Source of the DNA: an uncultured Bacilli bacterium
GTDB lineage: Bacteria > Bacillota_I > Bacilli_A > RF39 > UBA660
DNA length: 64,000 nt
Direction of reading: 5' to 3'
NCBI GenBank assembly: GCA_947626015.1
Contig: CANQQK010000001.1
Coordinates: 20,349 to 84,348, forward strand
Shown here: positions 1 through 9,460 of the stretch, one piece after another
How the letters are laid out: each line of letters opens with the position of its first letter
Position numbering within the stretch: position 1 is the stretch's first letter
Notes under the pieces: generated by a model
Database searches by the model: none
What the model was told of the DNA's origin: nothing
What the model saw: the letters and a program-made list of their open reading frames with translations, nothing else
Position numbers and translations under genes: made by a program

Positions 1-544
1 ATTCTATGGCCCAAAACTTGATGTTCAAGTAAAACCAGCTGTTGGTAATGAGTATACGTTATCGACTTGTCAATTGGATTTCTGCCTTCCAGCTAAATTT
101 GATCTAAGCTATATCGATAAGGATGGTTCTAAAAAGAGTCCTGTTGTTTTACACCGAGCAATCTTTGGTAGTATCGATCGCTTCATCGCTTACTATCTTG
201 AAGAGACCAAGGGTGCTCTACCTCTATGGTTATCACCAGTTCAAGTAAGTGTTCTTCCGGTTAATAACGAATATCACTTGGATTATGCTAAAGAGGTTAA
301 AGAAGCTTTAGAAGAGTTAGGTATTCGTGTAGAACTTGATAGTCGTGAAGAAAAACTAGGTTATCGTATGCGTGAAGCGCAAACAAGAAAGATTCCTATT
401 TCTTTGGTTATCGGTAACCAAGAAAGAGATGAAAAGTCTGTAACGATGCGTCTTCATGGTAGTGAAGATAAGAAGACCTTAAAACTAGATGAATTCTTAG
501 CTTATGTTAAAGAAAAACGTGATTCACGAGCACTTGACTTATAG
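1..544 (+). CDS. thrS: Threonyl-tRNA synthetase, C-terminal part (gene runs off the 5' edge of the window)
   Basis: Frame 2 translates from position 2 as FYGPKLDVQVKPAVGNEYTLSTCQLDFCLPAKF... continuous with the 74..544 ORF; class II aaRS core end plus anticodon-binding domain (SPVQVSVLPV, ISLVIGNQE). Confidence 0.85.
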   Translation, partial: FYGPKLDVQVKPAVGNEYTLSTCQLDFCLPAKFDLSYIDKDGSKKSPVVLHRAIFGSIDRFIAYYLEETKGALPLWLSPVQVSVLPVNNEYHLDYAKEVKEALEELGIRVELDSREEKLGYRMREAQTRKIPISLVIGNQERDEKSVTMRLHGSEDKKTLKLDEFLAYVKEKRDSRALDL

Positions 545-551
545 AAGAAAC

Positions 552-578
552 GATAATGCGATATTATCGTTTTTTATG
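552..578 (+). terminator. Rho-independent terminator after thrS
   Basis: ACGATAAT-GCGAT-ATTATCGT hairpin followed by TTTTTAT; a TATAAT -10 for the next gene follows at 583..588. Confidence 0.6.
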
Positions 579-610
579 TGTTATAATGATGATAATAAGA
601 GGTGGGCGTA

Positions 611-1162
611 GTGGAGATCAAGGAAAAAAGCTTGCGTCGCGATGAATGGCCAAGTGAAGAATATAAGGATGTTTTAATCGAAGAATGTAAGATCAATCAT
701 CGAAGAGGAATGATTGCTTTTATCATGTGGAAAAAGGGTATTGATATGGTTAAGGTTAGCAATGATACCTTATTAATCGTCGATGAAGGTTATACTTGGT
801 TAGAAATTGCTTTAGAAAATGAACGTTATGCTATTACCGCCATGTATGATAAGGATGATCATTTCATCGAAGCTTATTTTGATCTTACGAAAAAAAATCA
901 TCTTTCCTATCCTGATCCTAAAATATATGATATGTTTATCGATATTATCATCTCTAAGAATGGTGATGTACGTATCTTAGATGAAAATGAACTCGATTTA
1001 GCTTATCAAGATGGTACCGTTACCGAACTTGAATATCAAGAAATATTAAAGACAAAAGATGAATTATATAAATATATATGTCTTCATCGTGATGAAATCT
1101 TAAGATATCTAGCTACAAAACAAAGATATTATAAAGAAATATGTTATAATAAAAAACATTAG
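611..1162 (+). CDS. Hypothetical cytoplasmic protein, DUF402-like; probable GTG start
   Basis: 180-aa ORF with RBS AAGAGGTGGG 6 nt before GTG at 611; family assignment from overall resemblance only. Confidence 0.4.
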   Translation: MEIKEKSLRRDEWPSEEYKDVLIEECKINHRRGMIAFIMWKKGIDMVKVSNDTLLIVDEGYTWLEIALENERYAITAMYDKDDHFIEAYFDLTKKNHLSYPDPKIYDMFIDIIISKNGDVRILDENELDLAYQDGTVTELEYQEILKTKDELYKYICLHRDEILRYLATKQRYYKEICYNKKH

Positions 1163-1171
1163 GTGATGAAT

Positions 1172-2434
1172 ATGTTAGCAAGTATTGTAACATTGGGTTG
1201 TAAGGTTAATGCCTATGAATCTGAATTGATTAAAGAAAATTTTAAAAGATATCATTATGATATTACTGATGATTTAACATTAGCAGATGTTATCGTTATC
1301 AATACGTGTACGGTAACGAATCAAGCTGATGCTAAGAGTCGTAAAATGATTCGTTCAGCTCGTAAAAATAATAAGGATGCCATTATCGTTGTCTGTGGTT
1401 GTTCAGCTGAACATCATAAGGAAAAGTTACTCGATTTAGATATCGATATCTTGATTGGTAATAAGGATAAATCAAAGATTCCACTATTGGTGGAAGATTA
1501 TCGTGATAATAAAAAAAGAATCAGTAAATTCTATGATCTAAGAAATGCTACCTTTGAAGATATGCGCATCGATAACTTTGCAGGACATACCCGTGGGTTT
1601 GTAAAGATCCAAGATGGTTGTGATAACTTCTGTGCTTATTGCATCATTCCTTTTATGAGAGGAAGTATTCGTAGTAAGGATATCGATGTAGCTTATGAAG
1701 AGGTTAAATGCTTATGTGATAATGGTTATCAAGAGATTGTTTTAACGGGTATTCATACGGGTTCTTATGGTAGAAATATGGGTTATGATCTAACGGATTT
1801 AATTCAAAGAATAAGTACCTTAGATAACTTAAAAAGAATTAGAATATCTTCCATTGAAATAACGGAATTAGATGATAAATTTATGGAAGAATTAAAACAT
1901 AATGATAAGATTTGTAATCATTTACATGTTCCGATTCAAAGTGGTGCTGATAAGACCTTAAAGGATATGAATCGTAAATATGATATTAATACATTTAAAA
2001 GTATCATCAATCATCTTCGAAGCATTCGCCCCGATATCAATATTACAACGGATTTGATCGTTGGTTTCCCTAATGAGAGTGATGAAGATTTTAAGGAAAC
2101 CCTTAAGAATGTAAAAGAGATTGGTTTTTCGAAGATTCATACCTTCCCATATAGTTTAAGAGATGGTACCAAAGCAGCTTTGATGAAACAAGTTGATGAT
2201 CGTATTAAAAAAGAACGTACGGATGCCATGCTTCGTTTAAGCGATGAAATGGAAAGTGCTTATTATAAATGTTTTATTGGTAAGACATTAAGTGTCTTAG
2301 TAGAAGATGGTCATGAAGGATTTACGAGCAATTATATCAAGGTTCATTTAGATCATGAATGTACTAGCAATACCTTCGTTGATTGCATCATAACGGACGT
2401 TGATGGAACGAATGTAAATGGTAAGGTATTATAA
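1172..2434 (+). CDS. mtaB: Radical-SAM methylthiotransferase (UPF0004 N-domain + radical SAM CxxxCxxC + TRAM); MtaB-like (tRNA t6A37 methylthiotransferase)
   Basis: N-terminus TLGCKVNAYESE matches the MtaB/YqeV pattern; CDNFCAYCIIP radical-SAM cysteine motif; C-terminal TRAM-like segment; RBS AGGTGA 6 nt before ATG at 1172. Confidence 0.75.
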   Translation: MLASIVTLGCKVNAYESELIKENFKRYHYDITDDLTLADVIVINTCTVTNQADAKSRKMIRSARKNNKDAIIVVCGCSAEHHKEKLLDLDIDILIGNKDKSKIPLLVEDYRDNKKRISKFYDLRNATFEDMRIDNFAGHTRGFVKIQDGCDNFCAYCIIPFMRGSIRSKDIDVAYEEVKCLCDNGYQEIVLTGIHTGSYGRNMGYDLTDLIQRISTLDNLKRIRISSIEITELDDKFMEELKHNDKICNHLHVPIQSGADKTLKDMNRKYDINTFKSIINHLRSIRPDINITTDLIVGFPNESDEDFKETLKNVKEIGFSKIHTFPYSLRDGTKAALMKQVDDRIKKERTDAMLRLSDEMESAYYKCFIGKTLSVLVEDGHEGFTSNYIKVHLDHECTSNTFVDCIITDVDGTNVNGKVL

Positions 2435-2485
2435 TTGCAAAATAGAAAGCATTATTCTATAATCAAATTATAAAAGGGTGTTAGT

Positions 2486-3115
2486 ATGAAGAGGATATTA
2501 GTAAAAAATAAAGGTGTTACTTTAGGTTATGTATCATATCATAATAAACCAATACTTAAAAAAGATATGCATCTATATGAATGGGGGAAAAGCATTACCT
2601 ATAGGGAATTAGAGGATTACTATGATGATGTCTGGTATACGCCATATCCCAATGAAACCCTTGAAGGAATCGTCATGAGTTATGAACAAGATGCGGAACG
2701 TTTAAAAAAAGATATCAAAAAGATTAAACGTAAAAATCATATCGAAAAGCTTACACCTTTTACTAGTATAAGATTATATGGAGTTCCTTCTAAACACTTA
2801 TGTCATTTCGGTTATACAGCTGATTTAAAGGAAACTAAAAGCATTACTTTTATCGAAGATATCCATGAATTTATCAATAAGAATCGTCATTATATCGTTC
2901 GTAACAATCATAATGGTTTTGATGTCGATTTAATCAATGATGAAATCAATGATCTAAATAAGATTTATTATAACTATATTGGTGCTCAGGATGATGATAT
3001 TAGAGAATATCTCTATCCCCATCTAAGGGATGGTTATTTAGAAATATTAGATCGTTTTAAAGAACTTACTGGTAAAGATTTTAAAGCTAAAAAGAGATTT
3101 TATCCTTTAACATAA
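2486..3115 (+). CDS. Hypothetical cytoplasmic protein (209 aa); weak DEDD-exonuclease-like HNGFDVD motif
   Basis: ORF preceded by TTGCAA-17-TATAAT promoter (2436..2464) and RBS AAAGGGTG; followed by terminator AGAGT-GTAA-ACTCT-TTTTT at 3120..3140. Confidence 0.5.
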   Translation: MKRILVKNKGVTLGYVSYHNKPILKKDMHLYEWGKSITYRELEDYYDDVWYTPYPNETLEGIVMSYEQDAERLKKDIKKIKRKNHIEKLTPFTSIRLYGVPSKHLCHFGYTADLKETKSITFIEDIHEFINKNRHYIVRNNHNGFDVDLINDEINDLNKIYYNYIGAQDDDIREYLYPHLRDGYLEILDRFKELTGKDFKAKKRFYPLT

Positions 3116-3207
3116 AGTAGAGTGTAAACTCTCTTTTTATTTCTGATAATTTATTGAATGAAGTCTTAATATATTTTATAATTACTATGCTAGGTGGGGT
3201 ATTTATG

Positions 3208-3726
3208 AATATAGACGAGTTATTTAAAAAACGCTTACTATTCTTTTTTACTTCATTTATTTTTATCGTTATTGTAACGATATCATCTAGTTACGCAATT
3301 AAAGAAAATGTTGATAAGGGTAAAGTTATCAACAATGAAAATATTGAAATCGTCTTTGAAAATAATCAAGATGATGTTCATTATAGTGAATATCCCTTGA
3401 GTTATGAACAAGGAATTAAATTATCTCCGAGTAATCTTATTCGGGTTATCAACAATGGAAGCGATGATAAACGTTATGATATCTATATTAGGGGAGATGA
3501 AACGACTTCATCATTAGATATCAACAAGGTTTATTATAGTATCGATGGTAGAGAACCAAGAAATTTAGGTAGTGATATTACGAATGCTGTTTATTCGGGA
3601 CTTTTAGCAGGTAATGAAGAAAAAGTTATTAACATCAAAGTTTGGGCAGCCAGTGAACTTATCGATAATAATGATCAGGGCAAGGAACTAGATCTTCATT
3701 TCCTAGTTATTGAAGATGACATTTAA
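3208..3726 (+). CDS. Hypothetical secreted or membrane-anchored protein (N-terminal hydrophobic helix)
   Basis: RBS AGGTGGGG 7 nt before ATG at 3208; N-terminus MNIDELFKKRLLFFFTSFIFIVIVTISSSYA is signal-anchor-like. Confidence 0.45.
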   Translation, partial: NIDELFKKRLLFFFTSFIFIVIVTISSSYAIKENVDKGKVINNENIEIVFENNQDDVHYSEYPLSYEQGIKLSPSNLIRVINNGSDDKRYDIYIRGDETTSSLDINKVYYSIDGREPRNLGSDITNAVYSGLLAGNEEKVINIKVWAASELIDNNDQGKELDLHFLVIEDDI

Positions 3727-3751
3727 AAAAGGTATAGATTTTCTATACCTT

Positions 3752-4303
3752 TTATATTTCACGCATATTATCACGGTTTTTATAGGGGTTTTTAGGATCA
3801 ATTTTATCAACAAATAAAATACCATCTAAGTGATCCATTTCATGTTGGAACGCTACCGCAATATCTTCTCTAACACGAATAATATATTCTTCACCATATT
3901 CGTTATAAGCTTTGACCTTGATTCTTGCATATCTAGGAACGATACCTTCAACGGGTCTTTCAACCGATAAACATCCTTCACCTTCACCAACGAAGATTTC
4001 TTCTTCGGAATGACTGATCATCTTGGGATTGATAACGACATAACGACCAAAGGTACCATCTTGATTATCTTCAGATACGACAAAGATACGCTCTAAAATA
4101 CCTATTTGACAGAAAGATAAACCCATACCAGCACGAAGATCATATTTTTTGGCAATCTCTTCATTTTGACTTAGTTCTAAGTAATCCAAACAATCATGAA
4201 TAAGTTTGATCTTTTCTTCGGATAGTGGGAAGGTTACTTCTTTACTAACCTTATGTAAGCGTGGATCTACTTCATTTAATATTTTAATATCAGGTATTTT
4301 CAT
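3752..4303 (-). CDS. def: Peptide deformylase
   Basis: All three PDF motifs present: GMGLSFCQIG (motif 1), EGCLS (motif 2), HEMDH (motif 3); RBS GAGGGGTG on the minus strand. Confidence 0.9.
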   Translation of the reverse strand: MKIPDIKILNEVDPRLHKVSKEVTFPLSEEKIKLIHDCLDYLELSQNEEIAKKYDLRAGMGLSFCQIGILERIFVVSEDNQDGTFGRYVVINPKMISHSEEEIFVGEGEGCLSVERPVEGIVPRYARIKVKAYNEYGEEYIIRVREDIAVAFQHEMDHLDGILFVDKIDPKNPYKNRDNMREI

Positions 4304-4381
4304 ATACTACACCCCTCAACAATGGTTATTTTATCAAATATTTTCTTAAAAATAAAGTTAATATTATAAATATCAATCCGT

Positions 4382-4406
4382 TGTAAACTTATCAAAATAG
4401 TTTACA
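4382..4406. promoter_or_regulatory. Perfect 8-bp inverted repeat TGTAAACT-N9-AGTTTACA in the divergent def/lipoprotein intergenic region (candidate operator)
   Basis: Sequence gttgTAAACTtatcaaaatAGTTTACAtt read directly; a TTGCAT-17-TATGAT promoter lies immediately downstream (4416..4444). Confidence 0.3.
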
Positions 4407-4467
4407 TTAGTATTTGCATAATAAGTGTAAAAATAATATGATTATTATAAGGATGGTGTATGGTAGT

Positions 4468-5919
4468 ATGGAACGTATTAAAGAATTACGAATGACTTTG
4501 ATTATTTTACTTATTGGGATGTTTTTCTTTAGCGGTTGTTTCTTCTCTGATAAGTATGAAGTAGCTTTTAAAACCAATGGTGGTAGTGAAATTGAAAATG
4601 TGATGGTTAAGAGCGGTAATTACTTGGAAGAACCCGATACACCAACAAAGGAAGGTTATGTCTTCGAAGGATGGTACCTTGATGGTGATGAATATGACTT
4701 CGATGAAGAGGTTAAGAGTGATATGACTTTAGTAGCTAAGTGGCGTAAGGTTGATATTGCAGATGAACCAGAGGATAAGGAAGAGGAAACGACAACAACC
4801 ACTAGTACCACGACTAAACTTGTAATAACGACTTCAACGATTTCCGTTAAGGTTAAGACGACAAAAAAGGTAACGACGACTCCTAAGAAGACGACAACTA
4901 ATTCGACAGAAAAGACCACTAAAACGACTTCAACGAGTACGACTAAAGTTATCGAATCACCAACCAAACCAACGGATCCAATCATTCCTGATAAAAAAGA
5001 GGAATTAAAGATGCATGTTGATGAAGTGGAAATCATTCCTGAAGAAGAGGAAGAACTTGAAGAAATCGATAACTTATCACCAATGGTTGAAGTTATGAAT
5101 AAGTATCGTTATGATATCAGCTTCAATAGTGAAGATGTTAATGTTATAAGTGAAGTCAGTGAAGAAGACTTACAAGAAATTTTAAAGAGTGATAAGAGTA
5201 AATGGATTATCTATAATCATAGTGGTTATAAATATACCAATAATTATAGTATCGTTAATAATAACATGTCTTTAGAAGGTGATTATCAAACTTCAAGTAT
5301 TACCTTTGGTATTACGGCAGGTAATGTGGTTAAATATTATACATTAGATAAAGTCATTACTAAGAATACCAATATATTAGAAGATCGTAGTGAACTCGAA
5401 GAAGAGGTAACATGGCATATCAATTATCCTAATGTTTCCTTAACAACGAAAAAAATCCATGTTGAAGATGATATCTTACCTACAAATGATGGTACCTTAG
5501 AAATCTATTACTTCAGTTCCTTAGAAGATGCTATTAAGTTAGCTAATGAAAATGATTCGATTGCTTTACTTAAAGATATGAATATCAGTAATACTATAGA
5601 GATTGATAAATTAATCAATCTAATAGGTAATAATCATAAGATTACCTTTGTCGAAGATATCTTAGAGAGTACAAGTGTTAATCTTGATGTTTATCTATTC
5701 CATATCAAAGATATTGACGATGAAGAAGGTATTATGAAAATCGAAAATCTAGAGGTCGATGTTAATAGCTTTATCAATATCGATGAAAGCAATAACTTTA
5801 AAGAATTAGATTTAAACAATGTTAAGACGAGATATCGTCGTCAATATATTATTAATAAAGCAAAGGTAACGATTGTTCAAAGTGGTAATTCATCATTTAC
5901 CCCATATAGTGTGCTTTAG
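4468..5919 (+). CDS. Putative lipoprotein with a long Thr/Lys-rich linker and a C-terminal domain
   Basis: Start at the M19 ATG (RBS AAGGATGG 9 nt upstream); lipobox FFSGC; about 70-aa linker TTTTTSTTTKLVITTST...KTTKTTSTSTTK. Confidence 0.6.
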   Translation: MERIKELRMTLIILLIGMFFFSGCFFSDKYEVAFKTNGGSEIENVMVKSGNYLEEPDTPTKEGYVFEGWYLDGDEYDFDEEVKSDMTLVAKWRKVDIADEPEDKEEETTTTTSTTTKLVITTSTISVKVKTTKKVTTTPKKTTTNSTEKTTKTTSTSTTKVIESPTKPTDPIIPDKKEELKMHVDEVEIIPEEEEELEEIDNLSPMVEVMNKYRYDISFNSEDVNVISEVSEEDLQEILKSDKSKWIIYNHSGYKYTNNYSIVNNNMSLEGDYQTSSITFGITAGNVVKYYTLDKVITKNTNILEDRSELEEEVTWHINYPNVSLTTKKIHVEDDILPTNDGTLEIYYFSSLEDAIKLANENDSIALLKDMNISNTIEIDKLINLIGNNHKITFVEDILESTSVNLDVYLFHIKDIDDEEGIMKIENLEVDVNSFINIDESNNFKELDLNNVKTRYRRQYIINKAKVTIVQSGNSSFTPYSVL

Positions 5920-5920
5920 G

Positions 5921-5948
5921 AGATAACTTAGTTATCTCTTTTTTTTAA
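5921..5948 (+). terminator. Rho-independent terminator
   Basis: GAGATAAC-TTAG-GTTATCTC followed by TTTTTTTT. Confidence 0.6.
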
Positions 5949-5975
5949 TTTGGTATATAATAGGTCTTAGGAGGA

Positions 5976-6839
5976 ATGCTTATGATTATTGTTGTTTGTG
6001 GACCGACAGGTGTTGGTAAGACCAAGATGAGTGTCGAATTAGCTAAGAAATATGATGCCGTTATCATCAATGGTGATGCTATGCAAGTTTATAAGGGTTT
6101 AGATATTGGGACAGCTAAGGTTACGGAAGAAGAAAAAGAGGGTATAAAGCACTATCTTTTTGATGTCGCAAGTGTCGATGATAACTATACGGTTTATGAT
6201 TATCAAAGGGATCTAAGAGCATTATTAGAAAAGTTTCATGATCGCAATGTCATCATCGTTGGGGGCTCTGGTCTATATATCAAAGCTGGTCTATATGATT
6301 ATCGTTTCACCGAAGAAAGTACGACTAATAATTATGACGATAAAAGCAATAAAGAACTATATGAAATGCTTCTTAAAAGAGATGGTAAAATCGATGTTCA
6401 TATCAATAATCGTAAACGTCTTGTCAGAAAATTAAATCGGGTTAATGAAGACTTTAATGGTAATAAACTACTTTATAAAGATACCTTCTTTATTGGTCTT
6501 ACGGCACCAAGAGAAGTGCTATATGAAAGAATCAATAAAAGGGTTGATATGATGGTTAAGGATGGCTTAGTAGATGAAGTTAAGAAGTTTTATGATGAAG
6601 GTATTCGTACGAAAGCCATCTATACGGGAATCGGTTATAAGGAATTATATAGTTATTTTGATGGTGATATTTCCTTAGATGAAGCCTTAGATCTAATCCG
6701 TCAAAGAAGTCGTAAATATGCCAAGAGACAATATACGTGGTTTAATCATCAAATGGATATCAATTGGTTTAATGTTAACTTCGAAGATTTTTCAAAAACG
6801 GTAGATGAAGTAATTAGTTTTATCGAAGCTAAAAAATAA
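5976..6839 (+). CDS. miaA: tRNA dimethylallyltransferase
   Basis: P-loop VVCGPTGVGKT and overall MiaA pattern (DAMQVYKGLDIGTAK, VIIVGGSGLY). Confidence 0.9.
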   Translation: MLMIIVVCGPTGVGKTKMSVELAKKYDAVIINGDAMQVYKGLDIGTAKVTEEEKEGIKHYLFDVASVDDNYTVYDYQRDLRALLEKFHDRNVIIVGGSGLYIKAGLYDYRFTEESTTNNYDDKSNKELYEMLLKRDGKIDVHINNRKRLVRKLNRVNEDFNGNKLLYKDTFFIGLTAPREVLYERINKRVDMMVKDGLVDEVKKFYDEGIRTKAIYTGIGYKELYSYFDGDISLDEALDLIRQRSRKYAKRQYTWFNHQMDINWFNVNFEDFSKTVDEVISFIEAKK

Positions 6840-6901
6840 TAATATTATTTACTATTAAAAAGAAATTAGTTATAATTTATTTAGAATATATGAGGTAATT
6901 T

Positions 6902-7525
6902 ATGAGAAATGGAAAATATATGATTATAACATTTTGTTCCTTTGCTATCTTTTTATTAGCAATGGCTTTCTTTACATTAAATATAACGTATGCTTATCAA
7001 CCAGAAAAAGATGCTATATGGGATGTATATCTAGGAGATATTACATATCGCTCTAATAAGGACATTGCACCAGTTACGGTTAATAATGAATATATGGATT
7101 TTAATGCTTCCCTAAAGGATTATGGGGATACCTTTAGTTTTATTGTTCCCATCATCAATGATGGTACGATCGATGCTTATCTTAAGGAAATAAATTTAAC
7201 GGAGTTAAATGATGTTGTTGGTACTTCACCTTCTGGTAAGACCTACTATGTAAGTGATTATGTAAGTTATAATGTTACCTATGAAAGGGGTAATGATGAT
7301 AATAATATTAGTGCTGATGTTACCTTAAAAGAAGGGGATACCTTACATGCTAAAACCCAAAATAATCTTGCTGTTAATGTTGAATTTATTGGTAGGGATC
7401 GATTAACCGAAGAAGCTATCATAGTTTTAGATAATAGTACTTATAAAGTAAATAAAGATGGAACCCAAGTAAATGGTTTTAATTTGCATCTCCAATTAGG
7501 ACTTAATTATCAAGAACTTAAATAG
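6902..7525 (+). CDS. Hypothetical secreted protein (signal peptide)
   Basis: N-terminal hydrophobic segment ITFCSFAIFLLAMAFFTLNITYA; beta-rich, Asn/Thr-rich remainder. Confidence 0.45.
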   Translation: MRNGKYMIITFCSFAIFLLAMAFFTLNITYAYQPEKDAIWDVYLGDITYRSNKDIAPVTVNNEYMDFNASLKDYGDTFSFIVPIINDGTIDAYLKEINLTELNDVVGTSPSGKTYYVSDYVSYNVTYERGNDDNNISADVTLKEGDTLHAKTQNNLAVNVEFIGRDRLTEEAIIVLDNSTYKVNKDGTQVNGFNLHLQLGLNYQELK

Positions 7526-7540
7526 TTTGGGAGTGAACTT

Positions 7541-8569
7541 ATGAAGAATAAAAAGGCTTTTAAAATCATTATTATATTGTTTTTATTATTGCTTATTGGA
7601 ATAACTTCCTTCTTAGGATTCTATTTCTTCAATATGCGTGATTTGGATTTCATGTTAGGGCGTATTAGAATAAGTGAATCTTCTAATGTTACCTATGCTG
7701 TTGATATGAAGGATGAAGATTATCGTAATAATTTAGATATCGATGATTTGGTAACCGATCTTATTAAAGATATAAGAGCAACGTTTAATTATAATGTCGC
7801 GTTCAATGATGATGTCAGTGGTGAATATAATTATTATATTCAAGGAAGAATGGAACTTATCAATGATAAGGGTGTTATGGTTGCTAAAAAGGATATCTAT
7901 TCTATGGATGGTAAGAAGGAAAGTATTGATGGTAAGGTTATCAATATTTCTTCAACCTTTGATATCGATTTTGTTAAATATAAGATGATGTATGATGAAG
8001 AGATCAAGGAATATGGTATCAATCTCGATGGTAATCTTGTCTTTGATGTTATTATCGATTATAAGACCTATAATGAAGGTATTGCTAAAGATATCAATAA
8101 TAGTAAGACTTTAACGATTAAGATACCTTTAGGTAAGGAAACAACAAGGATTGATATTCCTAAGAAAGCTATAATTCAAAGAACGGAATATAGTGATGCT
8201 AAGAATGAATATAGTTCCATCTATTTTATAATAGCAATGGAGTTCTTTGGAACAACCTTATTATTTATCTTAGTACTTATCTTAGTTATTAGATCATTCT
8301 ATATTAATATTAGTGAATATGATCGTCGTTTAGCTTATATTATCAATAAATATAAAGGACGTTTAGTTAAGATTAGAGAACTTCCAAATCTTAGTGATGT
8401 CGATGTTTTATTCGTCGATGATATCGATGCTTTAGATGATGCTTCGATCAATGTTATGAGTCCGATCAACTATGTTGAAGTTATTAAGAATTGTGAATCG
8501 GTATTTATCGTCTTTAATGATGATAAAGCTTATGTTTATAAACTTATGAAAGAAGAAGACACTGATTAG
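7541..8569 (+). CDS. Hypothetical bitopic membrane protein (N-terminal TM, extracellular domain, second TM, cytoplasmic C-domain)
   Basis: Two hydrophobic helices (IIIILFLLLLIGITSFLGFYFF and IYFIIAMEFFGTTLLFILVLILVI); overlapping terminator GACACT-GATT-AGTGTC-TTTTTT at 8557..8580. Confidence 0.45.
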   Translation: MKNKKAFKIIIILFLLLLIGITSFLGFYFFNMRDLDFMLGRIRISESSNVTYAVDMKDEDYRNNLDIDDLVTDLIKDIRATFNYNVAFNDDVSGEYNYYIQGRMELINDKGVMVAKKDIYSMDGKKESIDGKVINISSTFDIDFVKYKMMYDEEIKEYGINLDGNLVFDVIIDYKTYNEGIAKDINNSKTLTIKIPLGKETTRIDIPKKAIIQRTEYSDAKNEYSSIYFIIAMEFFGTTLLFILVLILVIRSFYINISEYDRRLAYIINKYKGRLVKIRELPNLSDVDVLFVDDIDALDDASINVMSPINYVEVIKNCESVFIVFNDDKAYVYKLMKEEDTD

Positions 8570-8608
8570 TGTCTTTTTTCATATATTATACTGAGGTGAC
8601 TTACGATT

Positions 8609-8851
8609 ATGGAAATCAATGATGATCTATTTAGCAAGGTTGAAAAGAAGACCAAGGTTAGTAAGGAAGATATCATCAGTATTGCGGGAAGATTAAATGA
8701 AGGTAATATGAAGGATGAAAAGACCCTAAGTGGTATTATTAGTGATCTATCACGTTTAACAGGGGTTGATGTTTCTAAAGAAAAGGAAGAAAAGATTATA
8801 AATCTGATTCTCAATGATAAAGTTCCAAATAATATCGATAAATTCTTTTAA
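8609..8851 (+). CDS. spoVIF: Sporulation protein SpoVIF (YjcC-like)
   Basis: 80 aa. Remembered B. subtilis SpoVIF has FFKNIEKKTGVKMQDVLNLAGSLQNANFKDEKTVRSVI; here LFSKVEKKTKVSKEDIISIAGRLNEGNMKDEKTLSGII. A sigma-K-like -10 (CATATATTA) lies upstream. Confidence 0.65.
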   Translation: MEINDDLFSKVEKKTKVSKEDIISIAGRLNEGNMKDEKTLSGIISDLSRLTGVDVSKEKEEKIINLILNDKVPNNIDKFF

Positions 8852-8896
8852 AAGAAGATTTAATTTGCTATAATGACATCATAGGGATGTGATAAA

Positions 8897-9403
8897 ATGT
8901 TATTTGTAGATGAAGTAACTAATATGGATGAGCTTATCGATAAATTATCTGAATTAGATATGGATATCGATGAAATTAAGGTTGCTGTGGTATGTTTTAT
9001 CTTTGATGATAAGGGTAAGTTAACTCTACATCGTCGTGGACCAGGAGCACGTGATGAGATTGGTAAATTATTAGCTATTGGTGGAAGTGTTAATGGTAGT
9101 GATAAAACATTTAGAGATGCCCTAAAACGTGAATTGACGGAAGAAGCTGGAGATAAAGCTACTATCAGAATCGATGATTTTATTGGCGCTCAATTGGATG
9201 GTAAGATCGATCGTCATACCTCTAAATTTATTAACTGGATTATTTTAGGATATACTGGTATGATAACTTCCGGAGAACTTATCAATTCTGAACCTGATCG
9301 TTGTGTTGGTTTTGAGAAAGCCTTTATGGAAGAGTTTAGAGAAGAAGAACTATCCAAAACAGCTTATAATTTCATTAAGCAAATTATTGACACTAAGAAG
9401 TAA
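8897..9403 (+). CDS. NUDIX hydrolase
   Basis: Nudix box GGSVNGSDKTFRDALKRELTEEAGD matches GX5EX7REUXEEXGU. Confidence 0.65.
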   Translation: MLFVDEVTNMDELIDKLSELDMDIDEIKVAVVCFIFDDKGKLTLHRRGPGARDEIGKLLAIGGSVNGSDKTFRDALKRELTEEAGDKATIRIDDFIGAQLDGKIDRHTSKFINWIILGYTGMITSGELINSEPDRCVGFEKAFMEEFREEELSKTAYNFIKQIIDTKK

Positions 9404-9460
9404 TAAAGCATATTACTTCTTTTTATTAGATGTTATAATAATTATGATAGAGGTTCCGCT

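Noticed and set aside
4656-5036. Antisense ORFs opposite Thr-rich or low-complexity coding regions (also 29380..29694, 53492..53749, 14662..14889)
   Set aside because: Reverse complements of ACN-rich Thr codons give long V/G-rich open frames by composition alone; no start signals.
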